Source: Mobula hypostoma (taxonomy: Eukaryota). From it: 64,000 nt of DNA. The notes under the pieces are model-generated. The model was given only the letters and a program-made list of their open reading frames with translations, made no database searches and was not told where the DNA came from. Both the position numbers and the translations under genes were made by a program. The stretch is taken from NCBI RefSeq assembly GCF_963921235.1, contig NC_086106.1:20150001-20214000 (forward strand), read 5' to 3'. Numbering within the stretch: the first letter of the stretch is position 1; the number at the start of each line of letters is the position of its first letter. This document shows positions 63,475-64,000 of the stretch, in pieces.

Positions 63475-64000
63475 CACAGTGCGAGACGTCCACCCAAAAA
63501 CTTGGCCCCATTGCCAGATGTGGCGTTTGGCTCATGAGATTCTGTGCACATAGATATAATATTCATACTTCTCATTGTGGAGGGGAATTGTATTTTAGGG
63601 AAAGGCCCAGTGGCAGGAATCAACAATTTGGTCCTCCTTGCTGGCTCTGTCACTTAGTACAATCATGACGATCCACCATCTCAATGCCATACACTACTTC
63701 AGGGTGCTTTTTGCATAGGGATAATTATCGGGAAATAAGTGACAGAGCACTGCCTTTGAGATATAATGGTAACATTCCATACATGCAATTCCTGACAATC
63801 TATCTGTAAAGAGTAAGCACTTATCTGTCTATATGTTGTCAGTCCGTGTACTTACCTACCTACCCATCTATCGATCTATCTGTATTTTCCCATGCATCAG
63901 AATGAATCAGAATCTCTTTGTCTGTGTACCTGTCGCTTCGTCCATTCGTCTGAATCTCGATTAATCTGTCTGTCCAACTAGATTATAGGTTATGGTGGAT

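Larger units (their letters stand above)
54600..64000. repeat. Recent segmental duplication: ~54600-58050 versus ~59300-64000
   Basis: Offset 4690 (55456/60146, 55681/60371), 4812 after the Penelope insertion, and ~5964-5968 after a 1156-bp indel. Long near-identical intergenic stretches. Confidence 0.9.

Noticed and set aside
51827-63502. J array as IgH, Ig kappa, TRB, TRG or TRD
   Set aside because: IgH and kappa Js carry 23-bp RSSs and IgH uses WGxG. The large dispersed array with no D segments, a Cα-like domain and an R+K TM fits TRA; TRB/TRG have a single TM Lys, and TRD has few Js.
57468-63668. Repeated ORFs MSLVPDPNI.../MTEPARRTKLL...
   Set aside because: Antisense or overlapping frames across J segments and RSSs, repeated only because of the segmental duplication.

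Overview
Vertebrate genomic DNA, most likely from a cartilaginous fish and probably a ray/batoid. That assignment is inferred from the repeat families and the Cα sequence, not verified. The window holds the 3' end of a T-cell receptor alpha (TRA) locus on the minus strand. From 64 kb down to about 49 kb lies a J-segment array: 10 intact FGxG J segments with 12-bp-spacer RSSs and GT donors, plus at least 7 degenerate J relics. The array is built from a repeatedly duplicated multi-J cassette. A complete 4-exon TRAC gene follows at 45123-~42340 (Ig-C domain, 45-nt Cys hinge, R/K-containing TM exon, 3'UTR exon). The J-C intron carries a tRNA-Lys(UUU)-like gene whose anticodon reads UCU. A RUNX/ETS/GATA/E-box cluster about 5 kb downstream of TRAC is a candidate TCRα enhancer. 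Inverted minisatellite arrays flank the hinge exon. The left ~35 kb is almost all nested retroelements (CR1, Rex1/Babar, Nimb/I, Penelope-like, LTR) and minisatellites, with a few unexplained exon-like segments. Two N-gap regions (35989-36610, 36929-37058) limit interpretation near the candidate enhancer. Transposon boundaries are approximate unless a TSD is given. No database search was run, so all family names rest on motif recognition.
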